Below are positions 15,318 to 31,074 of a stretch of DNA of 64,000 bases, piece after piece. Below the pieces are notes generated by a model, which ran no database searches, had not been told where the DNA came from, and worked only from the letters and a program-made list of their open reading frames with translations. Within the stretch, counting starts at the first letter, position 1, and each line of letters opens with the position of its first letter. The stretch comes from Eledone cirrhosa (taxonomy: Eukaryota). Where the stretch lies: assembly GCA_964016885.1 (NCBI GenBank), contig OZ024747.1, forward strand, positions 26,412,001 to 26,476,000, written 5' to 3'. Position numbers and translations under genes: made by a program.

Positions 15318-16204
15318 GATCTGTGAGCGTATGTTATGGTTCTAATGTATTCGTTGTGGTGTGTGTGTATTTGAAAGTCGACTTTTGAGTGGGCTGAGGT
15401 TTGGGATGGATAGTTGTGTGTATGTATATGTATGTATTGGGTTGTGTGTATGTATATGTATGTATTGTGTTGTGTGTATATGGATGTATTGTATAGTTGG
15501 ATGAATGTGCATGTACGTACTGTGTGTGTACGTATTGTGTGTGTATGTATTGTGTGTGTATGTATGTATGTTGGTTTTATTGTGTGTGAGTATTTGTGAG
15601 GGTGTGCGGGTGTGTTTGTGAGTGTATAGGTGTGACTATGTAACTGTTTACATGTAGATGTGTGTGGGTGTATTGTGTATGTACTAAAAAATTGTCTCTC
15701 TCTCTCTGTTTGTGTGTGTGTGTGTGTGATCACATACATTTATATGTGTAAACATATGAATGTGTGACTGTTAATGTGTACGTGTGTATTTATAGTGTGG
15801 ATGTATATGTACGTATTGTGTAATGTATGATAAAGTGTGTGTGACCACATACATACATTTATATATACGTAAACATGTAAACATGTCTTATTTACGTATT
15901 TTTTTGCGTTGAACGAAAAAGATGAAGAGCTTGACCTGACTGGGGTCATATCTTTTCTCAAACGAGAAAAATCTGTATTTCCTGTAAAACAAATCGGTCA
16001 TTTTGTGGTCAAATGCAATAGTTTCGCAGATTCAGTTAAACTTCTGAGTACAACAACGTGAAAAGTAATTGCAATGGGTAAAGTTACAAGGAAAATCACT
16101 TTCATTCGTTCACAATGAATTTATATTTCTGGCTAAACGTTGTGACCAACTAAAACAAATAAATGTTGATAACCAAGTCGTATCATTTATCATTGATTTT
16201 AGAT

Positions 16205-16649
16205 CAGTGATTTCTAACTACAAAGACCCCTTTTTTATTTAAAAGAATTCTTCTACACCAACCCCACTGTAATTACTCCCCCACGAAAACCAATTGAAAT
16301 AGAGAAATGTTTATACTTAAAGAATAGATGCCCAATCGTGGGTGCATGTTTTTGTTTGTTTTTTTCATAAAGTACTTGGGATTCTTAAACAATGAAGAGT
16401 GAAATGTTTATATTTCGAGAAGAATTAATATCCAATTGAGTGTGTATAAGTGTTTAATAACTTATATAGTGAGAATAACTGTTGAATTAGAGAAATATTT
16501 ACACTTAGAAAAGAAGGAATACCCAGTAGTGTGTGTATATTATGTTTAGAGCCAAATAATTGAATTTTTAGGTTAACTCACGCCCCTACCCACCAGTACT
16601 ACCTTTGTTGACCACTAGGTGTTTGTAGATCACTAGTAGGGAACCACTA
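16205..16649. mobile_element. Degenerate hAT (Charlie-like) non-autonomous element
   Basis: CAGTGATTTCTAAC...GTAGGGAACCACTA ends; 8-bp flanks TTTTAGAT and TTCTAGAG (6/8). Confidence 0.45.
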
Positions 16650-16660
16650 TTCTAGAGCAG

Positions 16661-16853
16661 GTCTGGAAAGGTCGAGTTGGAGTATCAGTAGAGGGTCGGA
16701 CGCCATGCTTTGCAGCATAGAGTTACGGTGCCTTTACGATCTGAGTTCAAATCCCGCTGAGGTTAACTTTGCCTTTCATCCTTATGGGTCAATAAAATAA
16801 AGTACCAGTAATGTACTGTGGTAATTGCTGGCCTTGTTCCAAACGTAAAAACA
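16661..16853 (+). mobile_element. SINE family A with 15-bp TSD
   Basis: ACTATTCTAGAGCAG at 16646-16660 and 16854-16868. Confidence 0.88.
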
Positions 16854-17049
16854 ACTATTCTAGAGCAGCAAGTAATTTAAAGATTAAGCAATATTTAATA
16901 AAATGAAACACTGATACAATTATTTAATTATGCAAGGCTATCATGTGAATGTGTTGTTTTATAGGCCATTTAATCTGTTGTGTTGCTGTCAATGTTAAAT
17001 GGTGCCCTCAATCATGCAGACATATTCTTCTATTTTTTTTGTTTCTTTT

Positions 17050-17345
17050 GCTCCTGATGGAATGCTGGGTGACGAAAGATTTCCAAACCGCACAGTCGCA
17101 AACCCTATCATGGACCTGTTCCTCGGCCTGACCCATTTCCCAAGTCTTTCAGTTCTTTCTCCACAGACCTTAACCAGATTCTAACAGGTCTGACATGCTT
17201 GCTACTCCCCATCATTTTGGCTCCCTTTCAAGGAGGCTCTCACATCTTTCTTCGTGGGCATGCATGGCACGTGGTCTAGTATCTTCCGCTGTCTTACGGT
17301 GATGGTATCCCGTAAATAACACAGCCCGGCCATTTATCTGACATC
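17050..17345 (-). mobile_element. RTE-like LINE 3' end relic
   Basis: Decayed HV..M...RP..IW..SVEKELK...DR...WK..V pattern on the minus strand, several frameshifts. Confidence 0.45.
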
Positions 17346-17645
17346 TTCAATCACGCTGACATTAACGCATAGCAAATTCTTTCGTCGTGAACTTTTTTTT
17401 CCCAAGAATGTTAAATTTGATTTTGTAAATATCAAAAACAAGCAACTGGTGAACAAAACGAGGAGAATGAAAACGAAGTAAAAATGTCTGAGAAAGGCTT
17501 TAGAAGGAAATGAATGAGAGTGGAGAAAGATAATAGTGATTATCTATCTATCAATTAGTGTGTGTGTGTAACATACACACACACACACACACATATATAT
17601 ATTTATATATATATATATATATATATGTGTATATATATATGTGTA

Positions 17646-17721
<76 letters not shown>

Positions 17722-17725
<4 letters not shown>

Positions 17726-17928
17726 AACCAGTAAGACCCCGACAGCTGAGCTCAAGCCGTTTCGACGGCTAATTCTGGACTCAATTCTGAGTCCAGAATT
17801 AGCCGTCGAAACGGCTTGAGCTCAGCTGTCGGGGTCTTACTGGTTCCTATTACCCACTCTACTACCTCAAGTATTGAGTACTTTGGTGCGTTATGGTCCA
17901 CCTGGTTCCTTACCACATTTCCTTCGTT
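17722..17928 (+). mobile_element. TA-flanked fold-back mini-element, family X
   Basis: Perfect 62-bp arms 17722-17783 and 17788-17849, then an extension to ...CCTTCGTT(AT)n; copies at 42192, 59611 and 59870. Confidence 0.85.
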
Positions 17929-18136
17929 ATATATATATATATATATATGTAGATAAATCTACCAAGAGTTTACGGTAGTGTCCAATCCGTATGAAGAACT
18001 CAATGTATTCCGGATATCATGGAAAGAAGAGATGTAATGAAAAATCACTTTCGGTGAAAGATAAACGGTATACAGAGTCAAGATAAAATATTAAACAAAT
18101 AATGAATAAACAATTCCTTATATTAAACAAAAAAAG

Positions 18137-18290
18137 TTCATTATTTAACGATCGTTTCTAGGATATATATGTGTTAGAGTTGGCATGCATATTCAACAGA
18201 TCTATGTACAAAATTATACAAAATTATACAAACTATCAAGATTAAATATACATACCAACACATATATACGCCGTCTTCAGAAATAATGAA
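18137..18290 (-). ncRNA. Type I hammerhead ribozyme (mirror copy of 25708-25861)
   Basis: Reverse complement of 25708-25861. Confidence 0.8.
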
Positions 18291-18927
18291 ATATATTTAT
18301 TGATAATAACAACAATTCAAACTTTCAGGTCCGTTTGGGAACAAAATTGACCAATGAAAATACAAAAGGTTTAATGCAGTTCGGTGTGTGTATATACATG
18401 TAACAACCCTTACACATATTTTACAAAAATGTATGCACAACCTGTATACGCATACAAAAAGGATGGATGCAAATACAAAATTTCAAGGTTAATGTCTCTG
18501 TAAGTTTATAATGCACAGATAAGATGCGTATAGATACATAAATATGAAATAAGTGTATACACATATTCTCATACTAACACATATCCGTACAATCACACAT
18601 ACACGCGCGTATATGCATAAACATACACATAAACTACGAACATACAAACACACACACACCCCCACTCACATATATATATGTGGATATAAAATCCTAAGCA
18701 CATGGATATTAATTCACTCACATAAACACTGGCACACACATTTAGATAAAGATACAGAAATTAGGTGGGAGGGGGGGGGAGAGGTCAGTATTCAACGGTT
18801 TGGGCTGACTGCTTAATATAGATGTATCTATAAACTAAGAAAATAAAAAATAATAAATAATAAATAAACATTAAAAAGGAAAGAAAAGAAAAAGAAAAAA
18901 GAAAAAAGAAAAAAGAAATATATCAAG

Positions 18928-19007
<80 letters not shown>

Positions 19008-19141
19008 TATATATACATACACATATATAAACACATACATACATATACACACATCCACACTTAGAACATACATACACACACATATATAAACATATACATA
19101 TACACACTTACATACATATACACACATACATATAAATACAC

Positions 19142-19214
<73 letters not shown>

Positions 19215-19499
19215 CACTCATACATATACATATAATCACACATACTATATAGACACATATATATACACACATACACACACATATACATACACTTACATAC
19301 ATATATACATACAGATATACACATACATACCTATATATACACACAAATACATACAGACATATATACATACATACAGACAAATACTTACGCATCTATATAT
19401 CGGTATATACATACAAACACCACTACACTCTCACACAACTCAGACATACAAAGAAAAAGGTATATACCCATACACATATACATATACAAATAGAGAAAC

Positions 19500-19572
<73 letters not shown>

Positions 19573-19778
19573 CACACATACACACATACACATACTTACA
19601 CATACATACATGTACACACACATAGATATATATACACACATACACACATACACATACATATATAGTCATACACACACATACACCTACACGAACATACACA
19701 TACACATATACAAAGATATATATACACACACACACACACACATACACACACACACATATATATAAAAAAAAAATATAA

Positions 19779-19839
<61 letters not shown>

Positions 19840-20166
19840 CACATACATACACACATACATAGACATATATGTACATACATACATATACATAGATACATAC
19901 ACACACATACATACATATATATATACACACATAGACATATACATACATACACTCACAACATACATACACACATATATACTCATACATAGAATTAGATATA
20001 TAATCATACATACATACGCACTTACATATACTCATATATACAAATACAAACGCATCCATATATGCGTATATACATAGAAACACCACTACACCCTCACCCA
20101 ACTCAGACATACAAAGAAAAAGGCATATACATATACATATATACACGCATTAATAGAGATATATAT

Positions 20167-20220
<54 letters not shown>

Positions 20221-20279
20221 ACTTATATACATATACCTACACACACATACAACCATAAATACACATACAAACACCCACA

Positions 20280-20313
<34 letters not shown>

Positions 20314-20632
20314 CACACACATAAAAAACAGACATGCACATATATATATTTTTTTACACATATATATACATATACACACCCTCACATATACACACATACA
20401 CATAAGTTATATTATAATAATAAATAATATATATATACACATACATATATATATATATATACATATATACATATATATATATATATACACACATACGAAT
20501 ATAGACATATATAGACACATAGATATATATACATATATATATACACATACATATACACACACACACATATACACATTCACATATATATGTGTGTGCACAC
20601 ACACATATATATACTTACACACATATATACAT

Positions 20633-21987
20633 ATATCGTGATGACTGTCTTCTTCTTTCTAACAACCTTAGCCTTTCAGAAATTGAAAAAAACAAAAAAC
20701 ATATTAGAACTTTCCTTAAAGACTATTATAATCTTAATATTACTTTTGAAAAAACAAGTAAAGTAGTAAATTTCCTAGATATAACTTTAGATTTAGCTAC
20801 GGGTATCTACCAACCTTACCATAAACCAAACCAAAACTTACATTACATACACTCACAATCTAATCACCCTAAATCTATCCTTAAAAACCTTGCATATAAT
20901 ATATCACTTCTATAACGAAGCTCTAGATAGAAGTGGCCACAAAAATAGATTAGAATATATACCTTCTACTAAAAATACTGAAAGCATACAACCTAATATT
21001 ACCAACAAACACCAAATGAAAAGTACACACCTAAATGCCACCCACACTATACCCCAAAATACCAAATCTTCTAATATAAAGTATAGTAACTCTCAAAAAA
21101 CTACTTATCATACAACTCTAATAAATATTAATAATAAAACTCCTAATAAAAAGGATAAAACACCTAAATCTACAAATATAACTAAAAATGGTTGTGGTGA
21201 GATCATTAACATTAATCCTCCTAGTAAAAATCACGATACAACCTATAAAAATAATAAAAATAATAAACAACATAGAAACCGTAATAGACGGGTTACTTGG
21301 TATAATGCTCCATTTAATTTACAAATTAAGGATAATATTGCTAAAAAATTTGTTTATATCCTAGAGAAAAACTTCCCGCCAAACCACAAATACCATCAAA
21401 TCTTAAATAGGTCTACAGTTAAATTCTCATACTCTACAACAAATAACATAAAACAAAATATAAGTGCCTATAATGCATATAAATGTAAGAAAACCATAAG
21501 TATACCACCAGTACATCAAATTAACCATAATATCTCCTCAAATACAGAATTAACGAAAGGTTGTAACTGTAGAAACAAAGCAAACTGCCCATTAAAAGGG
21601 AATTGTCTTGTTAACAACATAGTCTATAAATGTAATGTTAAAACTAAAGATTCTATTTGCTCATATATAGGAGCTACCTCTAACAATTTTAAGACAAGGT
21701 TTAATACCCACAAGCATAGTTTTAAAAATGCCGCACTGGCTAATACAACATCTCTAGCAGAAAAAATCAATAGTTATAAAAATAAGAATATAGAATATGA
21801 TTTGACCTGGAGTGTGCTCAAAAGAGCCACCCCTTATCAAAATAATAGAAATGAATGTAGATTATGTTCCCAAGAACTATTTGAAATTATGAAATCTAAG
21901 GATATCCTATTAAATAAACGACAGGAATTAATTATATCGTGTAATCATAAACTAAAAAAAACATTTAAATATTATAAACCTAATTAA
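20633..21987 (+). pseudogene. PLE RT C-terminus/thumb + GIY-YIG endonuclease (Naiad-like), 5'-truncated, with a deletion/frameshift near 20910
   Basis: YRDD, VNFLDITLDL, YQPYHKPN..YIHSQSNHP, WYNAPF, ILNRSTVKFSYS, CNCRNKANCPLKGNC, NIVY...SYIGAT...FKTRFNTH, CRLCSQE, LLNKRQE. Confidence 0.85.
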
Positions 21988-23315
21988 TAACATTATTTTA
22001 GAAATTAATTTAATTTAAATGTTAGTTAACCTATAAATTTAATTTAATTAAAATTCTATTACAGATGAGAATATAAAATATTATGTAATCATAAATTGTG
22101 AAAAACCTTTAAATATTACTAATATATACTTAGTAATTTAATTTATAGATTAATTTTAATTTATTTAAACCTTTTATTATAATTCTTTTACAGATAAAAT
22201 ATAACAAAATATCGTGTATCCAATGACAGAGAAATAATTTTTAGTATTATAGACCTAATTAATATACATTTTAGAAATATATTTATAATTTGGTTTTAAT
22301 TTTAATCAACCTAAAAATTTAATTTAATTGGCTTAAAATTAATATCCTTATACAGACGAATTGCAGAATGTCATGTAATCATAGAATGGGATGTGTTTTG
22401 GATTTATACCTAGTTAATATATTCTTTGCAATTTTTGAAAAAATATGTATATGTATATGTGTATGTGTATGTGTGTGCGTATGTATATGTGTATATATGT
22501 GTATATATATGTATATATATGTGTATATATATATGTGTATGTATATGTATATGTATATGTATTAATTTTGATTTCTATTTGCATATAATTATATTCTGCT
22601 ATTGATAAAATACAATATCTGTTTTATTTATTATATACCTAATTAACATATACTATAGAAATAAATATATAATTTTTAATTTAATTAACCTATAATTTAT
22701 AATTTATATTCTACTACCGATGTAATACTTTATTTGTTTTTTCCCTATTACTAAATTCATTTCCTAATATTGATACCATAACGTTATTAACTTTAATTTA
22801 GTTATACTATAATTAATACTCTACTACTATTTAACTTCAAAACTCTGCTTCAAATATTATAAAACTAACTAATTTACACCTTAGAAATCAATATGTTAAC
22901 TATCTTTAGTTTAGTTAACATATAATTAATGGTATACTTATTTATTTTGAAATGCATAAATTTTGCCTTATTTCTTGTTTATTGTATTTCTTAACACTGA
23001 TACTATGTAAAAACATACATTGGATCTAGATACGGATAATATTCTATGTTTCTTGAAACATATATTTACTATAATCCCCTTCTCCAACCCCCCCCTTTCC
23101 CCCATACTATTATCATCTGTGTTTGTAAGCGTGTATGTATGAATATATATGTAGGTAGGTGTATATATATTTGCGTATTTATATCTGAATATAAAAATAC
23201 ATATATGCGCATGCAAATAAGAATGTAAGATTGTGTGTGTATATATATATGTGTGTATGTATGTGTATATGTGTGTATATATGCATGTGTATATATATGT
23301 GTATGTGTATGTCTG

Positions 23316-23374
<59 letters not shown>

Positions 23375-23811
23375 GTATGTGTGTGTATGTATTATGTATA
23401 TGTGTGTGTGTATATATATGTATGTCTCTCTATTTATATGTCTATCTTCGTATCTATGTGGATATATGTGTGTGTGTGCATGTATACACATATATGTGTT
23501 TATGTGTATATGTGTGTAAGTATATATATGTGTGTGTGCACACACATATATATGTGAATGTGTATATGTGTGTGTGTGTATATGTATGTGTATATATATA
23601 TTATTTATTATTATAATATAACTTATGTGTATGTGTGTATATGTGAGGGTGTGTATATGTATATATATGTGTATATATATGTGTAAAAAAATATATATAT
23701 GTGCATGTCTGTTTTTTATGTGTGTGTATATATATGTATATATATATATATATGTGGGTGTTTGTATGTGTATTTATGGTTGTATGTGTGTGTAGGTATA
23801 TGTATATAAGT

Positions 23812-23843
<32 letters not shown>

Positions 23844-24174
23844 GTGTATATATATCTCTATTAATGCGTGTATATATGTATATGTATATGCCTTTTTCTT
23901 TGTATGTCTGAGTTGGGTGAGGGTGTAGTGGTGTTTCTATGTATATACGCATATATGGATGCGTTTGTATTTGTATATATGAGTATATGTAAGTGCGTAT
24001 GTATGTATGATTATATATCTAATTCTATGTATGAGTATATATGTGTGTATGTATGTTGTGAGTGTATGTATGTATATGTCTATGTGTGTATATATATATG
24101 TATGTATGTGTGTGTATGTATCTATGTATATGTATGTATGTACATATATGTCTATGTATGTGTGTATGTATGTG

Positions 24175-24225
<51 letters not shown>

Positions 24226-24425
24226 TTATATTTTTTTTATATATATGTGTGTGTGTGTATGTGTGTGTGTGTGTATATATATCTTTGTATATGTGTATGT
24301 GTATGTTCGTGTAGGTGTATGTGTGTGTATGACTATATATGTATGTGTATGTGTGTATGTGTGTATATATATCTATGTGTGTGTACATGTATGTATGTGT
24401 ATGTATGTGTATGTGTGTATGTGTG

Positions 24426-24526
<101 letters not shown>

Positions 24527-24813
24527 GTTTCTCTATTTGTATATGTATATGTGTATGGGTATATACCTTTTTCTTTGTATGTCTGAGTTGTGTGAGAGTG
24601 TAGTGGTGTTTGTATGTATATACCGATATATAGATGCGTAAGTATTTGTCTGTATGTATGTATATATGTCTGTATGTATTTGTGTGTATATATAGGTATG
24701 TATGTGTATATCTGTATGTATATATGTATGTAAGTGTATGTATATGTGTGTGTATGTGTGTATATATATGTGTGTCTATATAGTATGTGTGATTATATGT
24801 ATATGTATGAGTG

Positions 24814-24886
<73 letters not shown>

Positions 24887-25020
24887 GTGTATTTATATGT
24901 ATGTGTGTATATGTATGTATGTGTGTATATGTATATGTTTATATATGTGTGTGTATGTATGTTCTAAGTGTGGATGTGTGTATATGTATGTATGTGTTTG
25001 TATATGTGTATGTATATATA

Positions 25021-25057
<37 letters not shown>

Positions 25058-25707
25058 TTTCTTGATATATTTCTTTTTTCTTTTTTCTTTTTTCTTTTTT
25101 CTTTTTCTTTTCTTTCCTTTTTAATGTTTATTTATTATTTATTATTTTTTATTTTCTTAGTTTATAGATACATCTATATTAAGCAGTCAGCCCAAACCGT
25201 TGAATACTGACCTCTCCCCCCCCCCCCTCCCACCTAATTTCTGTATCTTTATCTAAATGTGTGTGCCAGTGTTTATGTGAGTGAATTAATATCCATGTGC
25301 TTAGGATTTTATATCCACATATATATATGTGAGTGGGGGTGTGTGTGTGTTTGTATGTTCGTAGTTTATGTGTATGTTTATGCATATACGCGCGTGTATG
25401 TGTGATTGTACGGATATGTGTTAGTATGAGAATATGTGTATACACTTATTTCATATTTATGTATCTATACGCATCTTATCTGTGCATTATAAACTTACAG
25501 AGACATTAACCTTGAAATTTTGTATTTGCATCCATCCTTTTTGTATGCGTATACAGGTTGTGCATACATTTTTGTAAAATATGTGTAAGGGTTGTTACAT
25601 GTATATACACACACCGAACTGCATTAAACCTTTTGTATTTTCATTGGTCAATTTTGTTCCCAAACGGACCTGAAAGTTTGAATTGTTGTTATTATCAATA
25701 AATATAT

Positions 25708-25861
25708 TTCATTATTTCTGAAGACGGCGTATATATGTGTTGGTATGTATATTTAATCTTGATAGTTTGTATAATTTTGTATAATTTTGTACATAGATCT
25801 GTTGAATATGCATGCCAACTCTAACACATATATATCCTAGAAACGATCGTTAAATAATGAA
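25708..25861 (+). ncRNA. Type I hammerhead ribozyme with long stem II
   Basis: Stem I TTCATTATTT/AAATAATGAA (10 bp); CTGAAGA; stem II TATATATGTGTT-GGTATGTATATT...AATATGCATGCC-AACACATATATA; GAAA-C GATC G-TT. Confidence 0.85.
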
Positions 25862-25906
25862 CTTTTTTTGTTTAATATAAGGAATTGTTTATTCATTATT
25901 TGTTTA

Positions 25907-26035
<129 letters not shown>

Positions 26036-27003
26036 TATTAAAATAACAGATTAAAGTTTAAGCAAAGAATCGCTGCTTTCACCCTTAACGGGATCTTCTG
26101 AAACTAACAAAGTCAATCTGTAAACGCAGAAGTGGATATTTCAAAAAACGTAGCAACCGGAAGAAGACAGGAAGACGATACTTTGGTTCGTGGAAATGTT
26201 CCCTGGCAAAGAACAGGAAAAAACGAATATAATACGTCATTATTTGGAGCGATGAAAAACAATTACGCGCAAAGACAGAACCACGTTTATGGTATAAAAG
26301 AGGTCGTAGACTAATGTTCTCTTAGGTGGTTCATAGAGACGTTCTCTGGCAATGAACGAAAAAAACGAAGATAATACGTCATATGTGGAGCGTGGAGAAC
26401 AATTGCACGCAAATGGTATAGCAGAAGTCGTAGACTAAAATTCTAACTAGGAGACCGAATGAATCTCCGCTTCAGAGTTAAGAACAAAGTAAATAAATAC
26501 AATACAGAGGTAATAGAAATTAAATAAATACATACACGCATACAAATACGTACATACACAAGCATACGCGAAAACACTTACCATAGGTATACAAAACCAC
26601 GCACATATAAATATGTGTGTGTGTGTATGCGTGTATACAAATAAATAAATAATTAAATAAACGTATATAAATAAATAAATACGTATATAACAAGCGCACG
26701 CACATACCTACATGTAAATACACAAATGTTCGGAGACGTAAGTCAACCAAAACATGAAGTACACATATACACACACCCTACATACGTACGAACCTGCATA
26801 CTCACACAGACGCAAAACTCCCATACACATAACACAACCATATGTACCAGAATATATAAAAATTATACGCCATAACATATACAATCAAATATACGTACAA
26901 GAAGGTATACGTACCTTCACAAAACATACAGGTAATATATACTTACCTATGCGAATAAGTAATGGTATAAACAAAACATATACTTAGCTACCACATCAAG
27001 ACG

Positions 27004-27062
27004 TTTGATATATATTTATCCTTATCGAGCCCTCTTTGGATTTTAGTCTTCAAATTTATTAT

Positions 27063-27110
<48 letters not shown>

Positions 27111-27172
27111 ATAATAATAAATTTGAAGACTAAAATCCAAAGAGGGCTCGATAAGGATAAATATATATCAAA
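27004..27172. repeat. Fold-back centred on a (TA)n tract
   Basis: TTTGATATATATTTATCCTTATCGAGCCC...(TA)n...GGGCTCGATAAGGATAAATATATATCAAA; related fragment at ~60141-60188. Confidence 0.85.
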
Positions 27173-28201
27173 TATATAAGAACCGTAGAGCAAATATTTA
27201 TTAAAATAACAGATTAAAGTTTAAGCAAAGAATCGCTGCTTTCACCCTTAACGGGATCTTCTGAAACTAACAAAGTCAATCTGTAAACGCAGAAGTGGAT
27301 ATTTCAAAAAACGTAGCAACCGGAAGAAGACAGGAAGACGATACTTTGGTTCGTGGAAACGTTCCCTGGCAAAGAACAGGAAAAAACGAATATAATACGT
27401 CATTATTTGGAGCGATGAAAAACAATTACGTGCAAAGACAGAACCACGTTTATGGTATAAAAGAGGTCGTAGACTAATGTTCTCTTAGGTGGTTCATAGA
27501 GACGTTCTCTGGCAATAAACGAAAAAAACGAAGATAATACATCATATGTGGACCATGGAGAACAATTGCACGCAAAGACAAAACCACGTAAATGGTATAG
27601 CAGAAGTCGTAGACTAAAATTTTAACTAGGAGACCGAATGAATCTCCGCTACAGAGTTAAGAACAAAGTAAATAAATACAATACAGAAGTAATAGAAATA
27701 AATAAATACATACACGTAAACAAATACGTACATACACAAGCATACGCAAAACACTTACCATAGGTATACAAAACCATGCACATATAAATATGTGTGTGTG
27801 TGTATGCGAGTATACAAATAAATAAATAATTATATGAACGTATATAAATAAATAAATACGTATATAACAAGCGCACACACATACCTACATGTAAATATAC
27901 GAATGTTCGGAGACGTAAGTCAACCAAAACATGAAGTACACATATACACACACCCTACATACGTACGAACCTGCATACTCACACAGACGCAAAACTCCCG
28001 TATACACATAGCCAAACCATATGTTCCAGAATATATTAAATTATACGCCATAACATAAACAATCAAATATACGTACGAGAAGGTATACGTACCTTCACAA
28101 AACATACGGGTAATTTATACTTATCTATGCAAATAAATAATGGTATAAACAAAACATATACTTAGCTCCCACATCAAGACGTAAAATATCCACGTATAGT
28201 T

Positions 28202-28252
28202 AGTTTCAGAAGATCCCGTTAAGGGTGAAAGCAGCGATTCTTTGCTTAAACT
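28202..28252 (+). ncRNA. Hammerhead-like motif with CAGAAGA core
   Basis: AGTTT-CAGAAGA-T CCC GTTAA GGG T-GAAA-GCA..TGC-TT-AAACT. Confidence 0.65.
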
Positions 28253-28263
28253 TTAATCTGTTA

Positions 28264-28383
<120 letters not shown>

Positions 28384-28399
28384 TAGATATATATATATA

Positions 28400-28543
<144 letters not shown>

Positions 28544-28937
28544 CGTGTGTGTGTTTATGTGAATAATTATAGTGGAATAGCCGGCTATTTGGTATGGTCT
28601 GATAAAAACACAGTATGCCTTTGAGGTCGACAGTAAGTAGGAATTGAAATCCAGTCGAAAGTTAAGATACTTGCTATTGAAGATGGTGAGGGCAGCAGAG
28701 CATAAATATTTAAACTGAAGAAGCCAAGTTTTTAAAATCAAATCCCTCTTTAATCTATACAATTATTCCTATACAGGTGAGAATACCATGATAGCGACAG
28801 AATTTGATTTCTTCCTCAGACTTTGGTTTATTTCCGAGTGAATTAAAATAATGATCCTTCTTTTTGCACCTGTGTTAATATAGAGATTATCAAATGTTCA
28901 TTATAGAGTGCCTTCTTTGATTTTCGATTGTCTAACT

Positions 28938-29227
28938 CAGTCATGGGAAACCTACGGCCCGCAAAGCTTTCTGAATGGCACGTCCAAGTCGCCTAAGTGA
29001 AATCTTTCTGATTTTTTTACCCCAACTTTTCAGTCATAATTTATCGTTCTATCATTTTTACGATCGAAGAATACAATATGTACGAATTCTGAAGAAACAA
29101 ATCAAAACAACCTGAGTTACCGGCCTTTTTTTAATGCGGGCACGAATGTAAATTAGCGCTTGCGGCTAGCCTGATGATGAACCATATCTCATGCGGCCCG
29201 CTTCTCGAAAAAGGTCGCCCTTGCCTG
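28938..29227. mobile_element. hAT MITE
   Basis: TIRs CAGTCATGGGAAACCT and AGGTCGCCCTTGCCTG; perfect 8-bp TSD GTCTAACT. Confidence 0.9.
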
Positions 29228-29459
29228 GTCTAACTGTTCAATTCTCTCTCCGTCCTTTACAACATAATCTTGCTATACTACTATATATCTAAGGTTCACA
29301 CAAAAGAAAAAACCGATGGCTATACGCTTCACAAGCCTAAAGATTTTATCTATCTCTATTTCCCATGTATCTGCTGACATCTATTTTCTGCTTTCTTTCT
29401 GCTTTATTGTTTGCTTATATTCTTGATATGAGTTGTGATGAATGAAATCTTTCTTTCAT

Positions 29460-29579
29460 ACTCCTGAAGATATGCATGCGAAGATTTATACTATGGGAAT
29501 TATTATTATTTATAACAGATTGGTTCATTGTTTGCATGTAAATACATGTCTCTCACCTGTATAGAAACAATTGTAGGGA
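29460..29579 (+). ncRNA. Type I hammerhead with long stem II; partial inverted copy at ~28720-28782
   Basis: CTC-CTGAAGA-TATGCA...TGTATA-GAAA-C AATT G-TA-GGG. Confidence 0.65.
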
Positions 29580-29626
29580 TAGATGGATTTGATTAAAAAA
29601 CCTTGTTTTTTTTTCAATTTGAATAT

Positions 29627-29707
<81 letters not shown>

Positions 29708-29812
29708 TTCTTCTTCGCTCTTGCTCGATGGGACTCGAGTCATCCTAGCTCAACGATCTCAGATGCGTCATCGTACGTAGAGCAAAGTCGCTGTAAAAGG
29801 CATAAACCTCAA

Positions 29813-29989
29813 TGGCATCGGTAGAGCGTCAGACACCATCCTTTGCAGCACAGAGTTATGTCCCTTTACGTTCTGAGTTCAAATCCCGCCGAAGTTAACT
29901 TTGCCTTTCATCCTTACGAGGTTGATAAAATAAAGTACCAGTAATACACTGGGATAATTGTGGCCTTGTGCCAAAAGTAGAAACATTAT
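29813..29989 (+). mobile_element. SINE family A
   Basis: B-box GTTCAAATCC, tail GGCCTTGTGCCAAAAGTAGAAACATTATT. Confidence 0.85.
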
Positions 29990-30860
29990 TTACATACAAC
30001 TAAACGTAATATACACACACGAATGCAAAACATAATTAAGATTAATTCATATATACACAAGTCTACATGTAGAAATAAGATCAACCAAGCAAATAAAGAT
30101 TTGCAAAATCATTTAATACAATCCGAGCCTACCTATTTGGACCGTCGCTAGGAATATGACCATCCTTCGCAGAGAAAGGAAACGAAAGACAGAAAGAATC
30201 ATTAACTTCATATGCCATTTCGGTCAAGTATCGGTCAAATTAATAGACGAACAAATTCCTTTAAAATTTATTATATCTATACAACGCTAAACTTTCCCCT
30301 AGTGGATCAGCAAGAATATCAGCAGTAAAGATCTCCTTTTAATTACCACTACAGTGCAGATAGGTTTAAAATTTCTAGTTTCAATGTAAAATTACACACC
30401 CCTTTCTTTTGTCTATTTAAAGCTAAATTCTGGATTACCTACCCTTAGAAACCTCTCTTATATTTTCTTAAAACTGCTATAGGTGTAGCCATCTTTGTTT
30501 ATACAACAGGCTGAATGAGTTCGGGAGTATAAGCCAAAGAAACTTACGAATTTGTATATGTCACTGTTGTAACTAATTATATACATATATATATATAATT
30601 AGTTACAAGAGTGGAGAAAGAGTCTGGAAAGAAGACAAATAAGGAAGATAATTTAAGGACTAGGAACAAACATCAAATAAAAAAGAAAGGGAGAGAAGGG
30701 GTGAAGGGAGGAGAGAAGAGAGGTTAGAGGTTATACAAATGAAAAAGAAATGAGTTATTGAAAGGAGAAAAAAGAGAAAAACACAACGGACGCATGAGAG
30801 GAGAGAGTGGCGGGGAGAAGTCAGAAAGGATGAGAGAATGATAGAGAGTGAATGAGAGCA

Positions 30861-30951
<91 letters not shown>

Positions 30952-31074
30952 GTGAGCTTCCTGAATGACTGTGAAGTGTGAAATAAGGTAAAAATAAAAG
31001 TATGCGTGAGGGAAAATGAACGACACAATATACCTGAAAGAAAGCAAAGACAAACAGAACTATATGTGTATGTA

